64,000 nt of DNA from the human T2T-CHM13v2.0 reference genome, Homo sapiens (GCF_009914755.1 NC_060929.1), one strand, 5' to 3'. Positions 28,796-53,839 are shown, numbered from the stretch's first letter. Translations and numbers: made by a program. The notes: generated by a model from the sequence alone, not told the origin.

Positions 28796-30152
28796 TAGGC
28801 AAGGAAAGAAATACAGTACTGTTTCTGGACCCTTATAAAATCCTGTGCAATAGACACATACATGTCACATTTAGCTGTGCTCAGAAGGGCTATCATCATC
28901 CTACAACTCACATTAGAGAACATCCTGGCTTTTGAGCACTTTTCAAACAATCAAGTTGACTCACGTGGGTCCTGAGGCCTGCAGCACGTCGGATGCTACC
29001 CCACTATGACAGAGGATTGTGGTCACAACTTGATGGCTGCGAAGACCTACCCTCCGTTTTTCTACTAGATAGGAGGATGGTAGAAGTTTGGCTGCTGTCA
29101 TAACATCCAGAGCTTTGTCGTATTTGGCACACAGCAGAGGCCCAGATATTAGAAAGGCTCTATTCCAATAAACTATGAGGACTGCCTTATGGATGATTTA
29201 AGTGTCTCACTAAAGCATGAAATGTGAATTTTTATTGTTGTACATACGATTTAAAGTATTTAAAGTATTTTCTTCTCTGTGAGAAGGTTTATTGTTAATA
29301 CAAGGTATAATAAAATTATCGCAACCCCTCTCCTTCCAGTATAACCAGCTGAAGTTGCAGATGTTAGATATTTTTCATAAACAAGTTCGAGTCAAAGTTG
29401 AAAATTCATAGTAAGATTGATATCTATAAAATAGATATAAATTTTTAAGAGAAAGAATTTAGTATTATCAAAGGGATAAAGAAAAAAATACTATTTAAGA
29501 TGTGAAAATTACAGTCCAAAATACTGTTCTTTCCAGGCTATGTATAAAATACATAGTGAAAATTGTTTAGTGATATTACATTTATTTATCCAGAAAACTG
29601 TGATTTCAGGAGAACCTAACATGCTGGTGAATATTTTCAACTTTTTCCCTCACTAATTGGTACTTTTAAAAACATAACATAAATTTTTTGAAGTCTTTAA
29701 TAAATAACCCATAATTGAAGTGTATAATATAAAAAATTTTAAAAATCTAAGCAGCTTATTGTTTCTCTGAAAGTGTGTGTAGTTTTACTTTCCTAAGGAA
29801 TTACCAAGAATATCCTTTAAAATTTAAAAGGATGGCAAGTTGCATCAGAAAGCTTTATTTTGAGATGTAAAAAGATTCCCAAACGTGGTTACATTAGCCA
29901 TTCATGTATGTCAGAAGTGCAGAATTGGGGCACTTAATGGTCACCTTGTAACAGTTTTGTGTAACTCCCAGTGATGCTGTACACATATTTGAAGGGTCTT
30001 TCTCAAAGAAATATTAAGCATGTTTTGTTGCTCAGTGTTTTTGTGAATTGCTTGGTTGTAATTAAATTCTGAGCCTGATATTGATATGGTTTTAAGAAGC
30101 AGTTGTACCAAGTGAAATTATTTTGGAGATTATAATAAATATATACATTCAA
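28796..30152 (+). other. PTGER4: PTGER4 3' UTR (AU-rich)
   Basis: Repeat-free AU-rich stretch after the stop codon, ending near AATAAA 30134-39 with T/GT-rich sequence downstream. Confidence 0.75.
30134..30139 (+). terminator. PTGER4: Likely distal polyadenylation signal of PTGER4
   Basis: AATAAA preceded by TGTA (30104) and followed by a T/GT-rich tract at ~30195-30210. Confidence 0.65.
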
Positions 30153-30447
30153 TCTGAGTTGCATATCCTCAGTTTGGGAAAACTTGTGGGGGCTTTTTTG
30201 TTGTTTCAGGTCATCATCTATATCCTTTTATATATTTTTTTAAAATTTATTGTGAAATAATTTTAAAGAAATATTGCAAGAAAAGTACAAACTCTTGTAT
30301 ACACTTAGTAGAGAATGACACTTTACTCAAAGCCTCCAGTTTGTATGGGTGATGGAGGAGACAGTATTATGCTTAGCTTGTGACATATAAAGGACTCAAA
30401 TAATTATTACTAAAATGAGCATATTTTAAATTTTGCAGTTTTTTTAA

Positions 30448-30766
<319 letters not shown>

Positions 30767-30821
30767 CATTTTTACATTTTTAAATGCAAATTTTGTTCAT
30801 TTTTTGAGTGAGTTATATATC

Positions 30822-31180
30822 TGCATTAGTCAGCTAAGGCTGCCATAAAATACCACAGATGGGTGGCTTAAACAACAGACATTTATTTTCTCACAGTTGT
30901 GGAGGCTGGCAGTCCAAGACCAAGGTGTCAGCAGGGTTGGTTTCTCTTGAGCCCCCTCTCCTTGACTTGCAGATGGCTCCCTTCTTTCTGTGTCCTCAGA
31001 TAGCCTTTTCTCCAGGTGAGCACATCCCTGATGTCTCTCTCTCCTTATAAGGACACTAGTCATACTGGATTAGGGCCCCACCCTTATGACTTCATTTAAC
31101 CTTAATTACTCCCTTAAAGGCCTTCTCTCCAAATATAGTCACAATGAGGGTTAGGGCTTCAACAAATGAATTTTGGGGGC
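30822..31180 (-). mobile_element. MaLR solo LTR (MLT1A/B-like)
   Basis: ggtggcttaaacaacagacatttattttctcacagtt..ggaggct..gtccaaga and gggttagggcttcaacaaatgaattttgggg. Confidence 0.85.
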
Positions 31181-31548
31181 AAGTGTCCTTTTCATTGTTG
31201 AGCCTGATTTATTCTTAAAATAGCAACCAAGAAAAATGAATTCCAGCATTGCTCAGTCATCTATTCCATATTTATTTGTACAACTTAACAGCTATGCAAT
31301 GCAAAGATTATTTTTTGTTTCTTGCTATAGGACACTTGTTCCAGACCATTTAGAGAACTTCAAATTTTCTACACAGGAAAGTTCTGATTGTCTAATTGGC
31401 TACTATTAAATCCTACCATCTCAAAAGGATATAACAGACAAGAAGGTAATTTTAACACCATATTGTAATCTTTGAGACAATCTAACCGATTAGATCAAGT
31501 GTGTTAGAAAAGATGATAGATTTGCAGGACTATTAAAATGGTACTTTA

Positions 31549-32140
<592 letters not shown>

Positions 32141-32150
32141 ATGGTACTTT

Positions 32151-32510
32151 GTGCGGTCATAAAAAAGAATGAATTCATGTCCATATCCTTTGAACCAATA
32201 GAATGAAGGTAAAGACCACTGTCCTAAGTGAACTAACTCAGAAACAGAAAACCAAATACTGCATGTTCTCACTTATAAATGAGAGCTATACAATGGGTAC
32301 ACATGGTCATAAAGATGGAACTGATGCTGGGGACTCCAAAAGTGGGGAGGTGGGGGAGAGCAAGGGTTGAAAAATAACCTACTGGGTACTATGTTCACTA
32401 TTTGGGTACTGGGTACACTAGAAACCCAATCCCCACCAGTATGCAATATACCCATGTAACAAACACACGTACTCCCCGAATCTAAAATAAAATGATGAAA
32501 TAAAAAATAA
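32151..32510 (+). mobile_element. 5'-truncated L1 (L1PB-like) 3' end
   Basis: ORF2 end plus 3' UTR (tgggtactatgttcactatttgggt...atgcaatatacccatgtaacaaac) and A-rich tail; TSD AAAATGGTACTTTG. Confidence 0.88.
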
Positions 32511-33353
32511 AATGGTACTTTGACCAAGGGACCACAGAATTCAAGAGTTCTTTCCCAAATCATAGCTAGTCCTCTCCACAAGTTTTCTCCTAGGGGCATG
32601 AATACAAAAGGGACATGGAAAAATCAAGGCACAGTAATATTTACTGTTAGCTATCCATATGGCCTCAAATGTTAATGCAGAAAAATTTCCATTACACAAA
32701 CATTCAGTTTTCCTAAAGTACTTGTACTAGTCTCAGAACAAACCATGTTTGGTTTCTTCCAATACTGCCCCCACCTCATGCCCTTCTCCCGTTACATCCA
32801 AGCCTGAATCTAAGATGCTGCAATTATGATCTCAAGATTGTCATCCAGACACATGAGAAATAGAACCCAAAAAAACAAGACGCTTACAACAAGAGAGAGC
32901 ATTTGGTCCCATTGCTTACTGTGGGGTTTCTCTGGGCTACAGCTGGTGCTTTAGCCCCAAACTGGAAGTACCTTGGCAGAAAGGAAGAGAGAAAGATAGC
33001 TGGGTCTTTGGTCCTTCTATCAACATCTCTACCATTCAATCATTTATCCATTCCCTTTACCTTGCCAGGCCATCAACCCCATTTCCCACCATGGAAGAGA
33101 AGGACAGAAGAGAACACCAGTCACTTTTCCTAAGAACGTTTAACCACAGCAACTCTACACACTAAAATCTGAACAATTAGGTAAGTATTTCTCTTTCTTG
33201 AGAAGGGGTGAAACAGGATTTAATACAAAGGAGGAGCAAAAAGAATTCCAAGAACAATGAACAAGAACTCAAGGCAACAGCTCTGCAATAGGGCAAGAGC
33301 ACAGTGAAACCATACTGAGGCAGGAGGGAAGTCTCTGTGATGTCCCCATGGTA

Positions 33354-33379
33354 AGAAAGAAGGAAAGAGAGAAAGAGAG

Positions 33380-33417
<38 letters not shown>

Positions 33418-33599
33418 AGGGAAAGAAAGAGAGAAAGAAAGAGAAAACAAAGAAGGAAAGAAAGGAAGGAAGGAAAGAAAGAAAAGAAAGAAAGGAAGGA
33501 AGGAAGGAAAGAAAGAGAAAGAAAGAAAAGAAAGAAAGGAAGAAAAATTAAGAAAGAAAGAAAAGAAAGAAAGAAAGAAAAAGAAAGAAGAAAAGAAAG

Positions 33600-33654
<55 letters not shown>

Positions 33655-33662
33655 AAAAGAAA
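33354..33662. repeat. Compound (GA)n/(GGAA)n/(GAAA)n purine tract
   Basis: About 310 bp of almost pure A/G, with a perfect (GAAA)~13 block at ~33601-33654. Confidence 0.95.
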
Positions 33663-33993
<331 letters not shown>

Positions 33994-34208
33994 TTATTTG
34001 ATGTTTGGCAAAATCAAAGGGAGTGTTATAGTTCTATTAGAAAAATTAGTAATATATATACATAGGAAACTAATGAATTTAAAAAAGGCAATTATTGACT
34101 CCATGAAAAACAAAGAGAGGTGGAAAAAAGGCAAAATAAACATAATATACAAGGTGAACTAAATTATGTGTAATAAGTATACTCATATCAAATAATGAAT
34201 ATACAGTA

Positions 34209-34450
34209 AGGTACAGCGGCTCACACCTGTAATCCTAAAGCTTTGGGAGGCTGAGACAGGATTGCTTGCACAAACTCCTTTTGTGCAGCCATAAAAAAGA
34301 ATGAAATCATGTCCTCTGCAGTAGCACAAATGGAACTAGAGACCATTGTCCTAAGTGAACTAACTCAGAAACAGAAAACCAAATACCACATGGTCTCACT
34401 TGCAGAGTTCAAGACCTGTCTGGGCAACACAGTGAGAGACCCTGTCTCTA

Positions 34451-34488
<38 letters not shown>

Positions 34489-34660
34489 ATGAAAAATTAG
34501 CCAGGCATGGGGGCATGTGCTTGTAGTCCTAGCTACTCGGGAGACTGAGGCAGGCAGATCTCCTGAGCCATGAATTTGAGGTTACAGTGAGCTAAGATGG
34601 TGCCACTGGACACCAGCCTGGGCAACAAACCAAGACCCTGTCTCTAAAATTTAATAATAA
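34209..34660 (+). mobile_element. AluJ-like element interrupted by an internal L1 fragment (~34279-34402); mid linker expanded to A36
   Basis: The Alu left arm breaks after ggattgcttg and resumes at gagttcaagacc. Confidence 0.85.
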
Positions 34661-34999
34661 TCATCATCATCATCATAAACATAGATTGAAACCTAAATTA
34701 TAATTATACTGAGAATGAAGAAAGAAGTAGTAAATATATTGGGGAAATACAAGAGACCTAAGTTATAGTTATACTCATCAGTATACCAGTACTTAATGTC
34801 CTAAATTTTTAAAAATGAAGAAATAGCAGTGAAACCACAATAATATACCCTTATACTCCAAACATGTTTGCAAAATATGTAAAGTATGAAAATACCAAGT
34901 ATGCTTCAAAAAATATACTGTTCTTGGGAATACAAAATTGATACAACCACTTTGAAAAGTGAACTAAAGTTCAGGATGTATATGCCATCAATGAAAACA

Positions 35000-35665
35000 G
35001 TAACTGCCGAGATTGAAACACATCAATTATATCTCAATGCATTACTTTATGATACGACAAAACAAAACACCTCATTGGTCACCTTTGGAGGAGTCTAGGG
35101 AGACAACTAATTATTTTGAAAAGTGGTAAGAAGACAAAGAACAAAGCGTTTATTATATAAACGGCCTTTACTCTGTAGTTTTTCCAGCATAAGAAAATAG
35201 TTGATGAGGGAAAGTTTTTCTTTAAAGTTTTCTCGTACCAAAAGAGTAACAGAATTATCACGTTTGTAGCCACTAATGAAATAATGGATCTAGACAATCA
35301 TAGTCAATGGCTTCTGACATTACAAAGAGAAATAAATAGCAAGAAATATTTAACTTCTAGTAATGTACCCATGGCCACCCATGATGTATTCTTGCCGAAA
35401 AATTGAATGAATCTGATCAAGCCTCTAGATCTAAGTCCAATTAAGAGGAACTATAGGAACAGAAAAAACAGTAATGACATCAGGTACAATGCCATAGGCA
35501 AAATATAAAATGTGGAAAATTCTAAAGGACAAATGAGCCAGTTCCTTTAAAGATAAGTTGGAAAAAAAAAAAAGAGGAATGGGAAGTCACAGATTATAAA
35601 GGATGAAAAGACATAGCAATAGATTCAATGAATGGACTTTTTTGGATCCTGATTTAATCAAACCA
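35000..35665 (+). mobile_element. Ancient L1M (L1MC/ME-like) 3' region
   Basis: gtattcttgcc...gaatctgatcaagcctctagatcta is typical of old L1M 3' ends; boundaries approximate. Confidence 0.55.
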
Positions 35666-35714
35666 CACTATCAAATGTGATATAATTCATAATATTTACA
35701 CAATAGCTATTTTT

Positions 35715-36635
35715 AAAACTGAATTAGTAATTAAAAACTTTACCCCGCAAAAAAACTGTAGGCCTAAGTGATTTTATTTGTGAGTTCTTTTAAACATTAT
35801 AGAAAGACATGACACCAAATCTATAGAAACTATATTGAAAAGAGTAAGTGAAAATACTTCTCAACATTTTTTATGAGGGCAACATATCATGACTTGAAAA
35901 CCAAAGATATTACAAGAAAAGGAAACTATAGGCCAATATCCCTCATGAACTCAGACACAAAAATCCTTCATAAAATGTTAACAAATGGAATCAAGCAATA
36001 TCTAAAATGGATAATCATCATGAGTAAGTAGGGTTTATCCCAGAAATGCAGTTGATTTAGTATCTGAAAAATAAATGTAACTTACCATACAAACAGAATA
36101 AAAGAGAAATATTATCTCATAGATGCAGGAACTACAATTAACAAAATTCAACACCCATTCATAATAAACAGGTGTTCAGACTAGTAAGGGAACTTTCTCA
36201 ATTTAATTAAAAAAAAGTATAAAAATCTACATCAATCTTCACACTTCATGGTGAAAGACTAAAAAGCTGTATATAAAGAATGTTTATTCTCACAGTTTGT
36301 GTGTACTGAAAGTTCTAGCAAGTGCAATAAGGCAAGAGAAAGATATAAAAGACATACAGTTTGGAAAGGAAGAAAGAAAACTCTCTTTATTCATAAAGAC
36401 ATGTTATGTATGTAGAACATTCCAAGGAATCTATAATATAGCTAATGTAGCTAACAAATGAATTCATCAAGGCTACAAGGTCAATATATACAAATCAATT
36501 GTATTTCTATGTAATAGTTATCAAAATTGGAAGATGAAAATTTTAAAAGACTCCTTATAATTGCATCAAAAATGTGAAATATTTAGGGATAAACTTAAAA
36601 CATGGGTAAGACTGAGTCATTGAAAACTAAAAAGC
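35715..36635 (+). mobile_element. Old L1M ORF2 (RT region) remnant
   Basis: Diverged similarity to L1 ORF2 (ggccaatatccctcatgaac, gggtttatcccagaaatgca, gcaataaggcaagagaaag). Confidence 0.8.
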
Positions 36636-42860
<6,225 letters not shown>

Positions 42861-42914
42861 ATAACTTAAGCTTAAAACAAAAAGTTAGGGGACCAGGTGA
42901 AAATATGAATAACA

Positions 42915-43133
42915 ACAACAAAATTAACATGAAATGGATCATAGGCCTAATCATAAAAGTTAAGCCTATAAAACTTCTAGCACAAAGCAGAAAATCTTTG
43001 TGATTTGGGAGTAAGGACAGGTTTCTTAGCACACAAAAAGCACAACCAAAAAGGAAAAAAAAAATTGTAAATTAGACATCATGAAAATTAAAAACTTCTG
43101 CTCTTTAAAAGGTATCATTATGAAAACAAACAA

Positions 43134-43136
<3 letters not shown>
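42915..43136 (+). mobile_element. Old L1M ORF2 remnant (host of the next insertion)
   Basis: aaaattaac..aaatggatcatagg...aaaattaaaaacttctgctct; continues at 47480. Confidence 0.75.
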
Positions 43137-47464
<4,328 letters not shown>

Positions 47465-47479
47465 GAAAACAAACAAGCA

Positions 47480-48455
47480 AGCTGCAGATAGGAAGATAAT
47501 ATACACAATACTTACAGCTCATGAAGGACTTCTATCCAGTAGAAAGGAAAACTCTTACAACTCAATAAGAAGATGACTTAAATCAAAAATGGGCAAAATA
47601 TTTGAAAAGTTACTTTCCAAAAAGGAGAAATGTCAGATAAGCCTATGAAAAGATGCTCAACATTATTAGGGAAATGCATATTAAAACCACAATGAAATAC
47701 TACTACATATCCACTAAAGTGTCTAAAATTTAAAAGACTGACAATATCAATCATTGACAAGGATATGGAGAAACTGAAATTAATTTAATACATTGCTAGC
47801 AGAAATCCCAAATGGTACAGATAATTTGGAAAAGTTTGGCAGTTTCCTTTAAAGTTGTGCATAAACTGGTCATAAGACTCAGCAATTCCATCCCTAGGTA
47901 TTTACATAAGAGAAATGAACACATATGTCCACACACAGAATTGTGATTTATATATATAGCAGCTTTATTCATAATAGATCAAAACTTGAAACAACCTAAA
48001 TGTCCATCAATAGGTGAACAGCTAAACAAATTGTGGTATATCTATATACTAGAATACTATTCAGCAATAAAAAGGAACTTATTATTGATACACATGATAA
48101 CATGGATGAATCTCAACATGGATGGGTTTCAAAAGCATCATGTTAAGCAAAAAAAAAGTCAGACACAAAAAGAGTGCATATTATATGGCCTATTTATTTC
48201 AAACTCTAGAATTCTGAAGTCAAATCTAACGTATAGCCACAGAAAGCAGAAAAGTAGTTGACTAGGGATGGCTGTTCAGGTGGAGGGGAACCAACTGCAA
48301 AAGGGCTTTAGAGAACTTTTTGGGTGATGGACACACACTATATCAGGATGGTAGTGGTGGTGAAGTGGGTGTTTACATTTGTCAAAACTCTCCCAACTAT
48401 AACGTTAAAATACTTGCATTTTATTATTTCTAAGTTATACTCATTTAAGAAAGTT
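47480..48455 (+). mobile_element. Old L1M (L1MC/MD/ME-like) ORF2 end and 3' UTR
   Basis: KQPKCPSIGEQLNKLWYIYILEYYSAIK is an ORF2p C-terminal remnant, followed by an old-type 3' UTR. Confidence 0.82.
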
Positions 48456-50829
48456 AATAGAGGTGAACAGAGGATATCCTAATTCATTTCACATTCTTCC
48501 CTTCCAATTCAATCTAGAGTCAACAATGTGGTCTGTCACAATTCCAACTCAGCAGACCTTTTAAATATCCTGAACAAATGTTTACCTGTTGCCTTGTAAT
48601 TAACACTACTCAATTTCAATAGAATTTCCATTATTTAAAAAAAACCTCTAAAATTAGGAAAGAATTCCCACATGTGGTTTTTAATATATCTCATGCTTAC
48701 TTCGAAATATAATCTGCACTAGTCTTTGTTAAAGTTTGAGGGAGTCATAAAATAATGTCCCTCTCCTCTCCTGACCTCTGAACCACTTGAGACACAGACA
48801 GATGGAGATTCAATATTTTAAGTTTACTGCTGAAAAAGGCTAGGTTAGAGGATGTACTTTAAGTTTATGCCAACAATAGCCACCAGATATTGAACTTAGA
48901 ATTAGACAGACCTGCTTACTAAGGCATGGGCAGTTCTGCACAAGCACAAATCTCCCTTTGCAGAGGCAAAGAACTTTCACTGCAAGGTTCACAATGTAGC
49001 TGGCAAGAGACCACAACATCGGTTCTCTGCAGTTATGACAAATCCACAAAAGGGAAAAACGAGGCTAGCATGCCCAGTTCTATATCTTAAACTCCCTCCT
49101 TTCCTGGTGAAGTGAGAGAAAGAGATTAGAATTCCTTGGTAAATGGATAGCCTAAGAAGCACTGTGAGAGGAAGCCATCCTTACCCGCCGCTGCCTTCTG
49201 ACCAAAGTAGTTCATATATAGTGCACATTAGGGCATGATTCATGTTACAGTAGCTTTAGGGCCACACTTCTTCTTCCGAAGTAACCATATTTAATTGCAA
49301 GTGACTAAGGTAAATGACTTTAGGGATAACCTCCTTTATTTCATTTTATTTCTGTTTTATAATTTATATATTTCAATATCTTATTATTGGTAAGAAAAAC
49401 TTAACTTTCTCAGTCCTAAAATTCTTTATTATCAAATACATCAGTTTAATAATAATCTCTAAGGAAGAAAAAAACACATTTAAGATATCCATTGATTTGA
49501 AGATAATTATTATGGAACTATGGTTCTTATGTCAACTCACAACTCATTTAGATATTAATACATGTATCATGAAATCATAGCTCAGAATTGCTGGTCCAGA
49601 GTCACTTTAGAATGGCTCTGATTCAAGGAAATTAAAAGAAATGATTGTTAATTTTCTTAGTGCTGGGAAAGGCAGTGAAACAAGCTTTTGAATCATTATG
49701 TAATTTTCAAACAACTAAAAGGGCTATACTGTTCAGTTATAATCTTAAAAATTCTAGCTGAGACAGAGCTTTTAAAAAATCTTTATAGTTTTACCATACG
49801 GCATCAATTCAAAAGATTGTCATACTGAAACCACTGCCATAAAATTTTGTATGTAGGCCCCAGTTGCAGTAGATCTGGCTCCTGTGAGCTATAACTTGCA
49901 TGGCTTTTCAATGTTTATGTAGTGTCTGTTAATATATTTAAGATAAATACTCTATAACCAAACAGCCTGTTTTCTAGAGAATGATATATGATTCTTGTGT
50001 TATCAGGCATGGTCTGGATGTCTAGACACTCTGACTAATGAGTGTCTATGCCATACAATTCTCAAACAAGAATAATGTAAATTATAGTCAATATAACTTG
50101 AACAGTAAACAGTGTTATTTCAGAAAGTATATTAAACATCTATATCATTATCATGAACATCAATTCTCTTCAGATTCATAAAGATTTGTTATTAAAATTA
50201 ACAAGCTTAGTCTGTTTGTATATCAGTATTCACATCCTTGTAAAATAATGGGTGCATTTTTCTCTTCACGCATAGAAGAGTATGAGCTAAAATAAGCATT
50301 TTGAGGGGCCTGCAGAAATGAGCTGCCTTCCTTCTCCATAACTTACTGTTTCTTTTTCTCCTCTGTCTTATGTCTAAACTATTTTATGTCTTATATCTGG
50401 GTAAGAAAGAGACTAACTTGGCCTACCATGCCAGTACAGAGGAAACACTAGGTTCTTATAACAGGGCCTAGTGGCCACATGCATTCCATCCTGAGTCTTG
50501 CCTCTTTGGGACTTGAGCTATAGACCCTGTCAAGAAAAATCCCACTATCTCTCCTATAATACTGGAATCAGAGACTTCTTACTTTCAGATAAGGAAAGGA
50601 TTACAAAAAAAGTTCTCCTTTTTTAAAATCAGAGGAAATTGAGGTTAAATATCTCCAAACTAACTCAAGTTCTTCATAGAAATAGCTAGCATTTACTGAA
50701 ATAGCTGGCATTACTTCATGTGTGAGGCACCATGCAAGGTACTTTAAATATATTAAGTTCATATAAGAAAGACACTAAGTAGATCAATCTAATTTTTCAA
50801 AAGCTAACAACATAAAATAATAGGAAAAT

Positions 50830-52507
50830 CTTCAAAATGCAGAAAAAAACTATTTATTCACAAATTACACAAAAAACAAACATCCATTACTCAAAACAAT
50901 ATACCAAATGTTGAGTACTCACTTCTCTAGATACCTATTTACGTTTTGAGAATGTTCTTTATTAAACAAAATAAAATAATTAACATATTTTTTGGAGCAC
51001 TCTGAAACTAACCTCTCTAACCAGAGCTAATTTTCTGATGATATAACTTAAGGAAAGAATATTCTTTTCAAGGCAAGTGCTAATTTCTCCAACCCTGAAA
51101 AGAGATATGCATTCCAATAAAACAAAAGTTTTAAAAACCATCTTCATAAAAAATGTAGATCATTACTTATAAGCTCCAACAGTAGTAAGATCTTTAACAT
51201 AAAGTGGGCTACTTTCATCTCTAACAAAGATAAAATTAATACACCAATAGTATCTTCCTGAGTGTCAGAAGTAACAGAACCCAACAGTTCTATATTATTG
51301 TACTACAATATATAGTATAAAAATAATAGTTCAGATTAGCAATGACAGTATTGGTTTGTGAATATGACTGTGGACTTTCAATAAAATTTTTTTTAATATA
51401 GCCTTTTCATACTCATGAGATTGTACTATAAATCACATTCCAATTTCTATGTATTTTGTGCTTAAGTTATTTATTCATTGGCACTCTAATAACAGCCCTA
51501 CTTTTTTATTTTTAGAAAGATATAATTAGCTATTTAAAATTGTAATTATTTTTCATTTCACTGAGTAGTTTCAAAAAAAGTTATCTAGAAAAGTAATTCC
51601 CAGTCATCAAATGGAAAGACACAAGCAAGAAGTAAGTTGTTTCCAGGGTTTTTAAAGCTTTGTAAAATAAAGAAAAGAAAGTATTGGTTTTGACTGGGAT
51701 AATATAGCAGTACAATTGTCATTAACCTATCTGTAAAAGCCATTCATTTAAAAATGCATATTTTAAAAATGACTCATTTGTGGTAAGGATTACTTACTGT
51801 AACAATTAAAAAATAAAACCATCATTCTCATATTTATCAATACTTTACACTTTTACCAAATACTGAAGGAGACAACTATCATTGTTACAACTTCAAAGTC
51901 AAAACAGAAACACAAATCAGAATTAAGAGAAACTTCAGAAAATGTTCAGAATGTACACATTTGTGTGCATTTTCAGCCAAACTTTCAAAGATTCCACATA
52001 TAACCAAATGACAACTTTGAATCAAAATGAATGTCAAAAATATTCAAGCTTTCTGACAGACTTACTCTAATGAAGCAAGAAAAAGACAGCAAATATTAAG
52101 CGCAGTATATTTCTCAGAGGGAGGGAAATCACACACTTCCTTTATCATAAAACAAAAGTTGAGACAGCATTTCAGTAACATTGATCAAATTATTCACTAT
52201 TCAAGAATACATTTTTCAAGTTTTGTCTTTAAAATGTATTCATTTACATATTCAGATTAAACTAAGTTTATTAATCAAAGACCATTTTACTCAGAATTTT
52301 AACCTTGAGAAATATAAATCATAACTTATCAAAGCATATTCCAAACACTATACAATAATCCTGCCATTTTAGTTTTTATATGCCTCATCTGAAAAACATA
52401 TTTTACAACCAGGAGTTCTCCTATCTATCTCCAGAGTAAATGTCTCTATGTCAAAACTTCAAGAGGCAATCAAAAAGACAGATTCAAATAATCCTATGCA
52501 TACTGCT
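50830..52507 (-). other. TTC33: TTC33 3' UTR (distal end uncertain; may extend towards ~48 kb)
   Basis: AT-rich, largely repeat-free sequence after the stop; minus-strand AATAAA at 50958-63 and 50853-58, with more further down. Confidence 0.55.
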
Positions 52508-52861
52508 TCATCGGGCTTTGATAAAAACAGAGCCATCTGGTGGTGTAGCACCATCCTCCTTTTCAGTTACAGTCTCTATGGCCCCAGAAGCAGACACAAT
52601 AACCATTGTTTTATTTGCTGAAACTGTCTTCTCTTTCTCAGCAATAGCTGCACAAACAGCAACAATCTCATCACTTTCAAAGTCATAGTCTGGAATTGAC
52701 TTTGGTGAAAAGTGTGTTACTTCAGCTGGTGCTTCACTTTTTTTAATCCTCTGTGCTACCTTCTGCTGCTCCTGGAGCGTTCTTGCCCAAGAGAGGTCTT
52801 CTTTCCATATTTCAGGGTTCATTGGATAGATGTGAAGGGCTACTTGAAAACTTCGAATTGC
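52508..52861 (-). CDS. TTC33: TTC33 (tetratricopeptide repeat protein 33) last coding exon, 117 aa plus stop
   Basis: Acceptor ttattttctAG|GCA at 52862/52861, phase 0. AIRSFQVALHIYPMNPEIWKEDLSWARTLQ...VFIKAR* is the end of a TPR helix plus the C-tail recognised as TTC33, the known convergent neighbour of PTGER4. Confidence 0.92.
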   Translation of the reverse strand, partial: AIRSFQVALHIYPMNPEIWKEDLSWARTLQEQQKVAQRIKKSEAPAEVTHFSPKSIPDYDFESDEIVAVCAAIAEKEKTVSANKTMVIVSASGAIETVTEKEDGATPPDGSVFIKAR

Positions 52862-53278
52862 CTAGAAAATAAGGTCAGAGTTTTTTGTTTTGGTTTTAAA
52901 AATTAGTATGTTTAATACAATCCTGTGTGTTTACGTACATATATACTGTACACATACACATCCTAATGCATTATCTTAATGTACTAGAACACAAAAGATG
53001 GAAGCTACGGTGTTGCCCTAAACACTGGGGAAAAAAATTATAGAAGTGTGAAAGAAAGTGACTGACAATATGCTTATGGACTAAAAGCCATTAAAATGGG
53101 AGTACTCATAATAGGGCTAAAGATAAAGCAAATATATTCTCAGCTTCAGTAGACCAGTAAGTATGTACATTTGGGGATTTCCTGGGCTAACCCACAATCA
53201 CAAAGGTACCAGGAGTGGATATCTTTGAAGTTAACAGTTTAGATCCTAACAATGTTAACATTTATTGACTGTTTACTA

Positions 53279-53611
<333 letters not shown>

Positions 53612-53839
53612 AGATTTACATGTATTAACTCATCTATCCTCACAATAATCATATGAAGTAGGTATGGTTATTGTTTTCAGTACTATTTTAGAGAAGCACA
53701 GAAAGAGTAGAAACCAAAGGTATCAGCTGGGAATTGGCAGAGCTGGGATGCAAATTCAGGCAGTCTGGCTTCAGAGTCCATTCTCTTATTCATTATATTA
53801 TACTGCTTAGTCACAAGAACTCCACTACAGTCTGGATAA

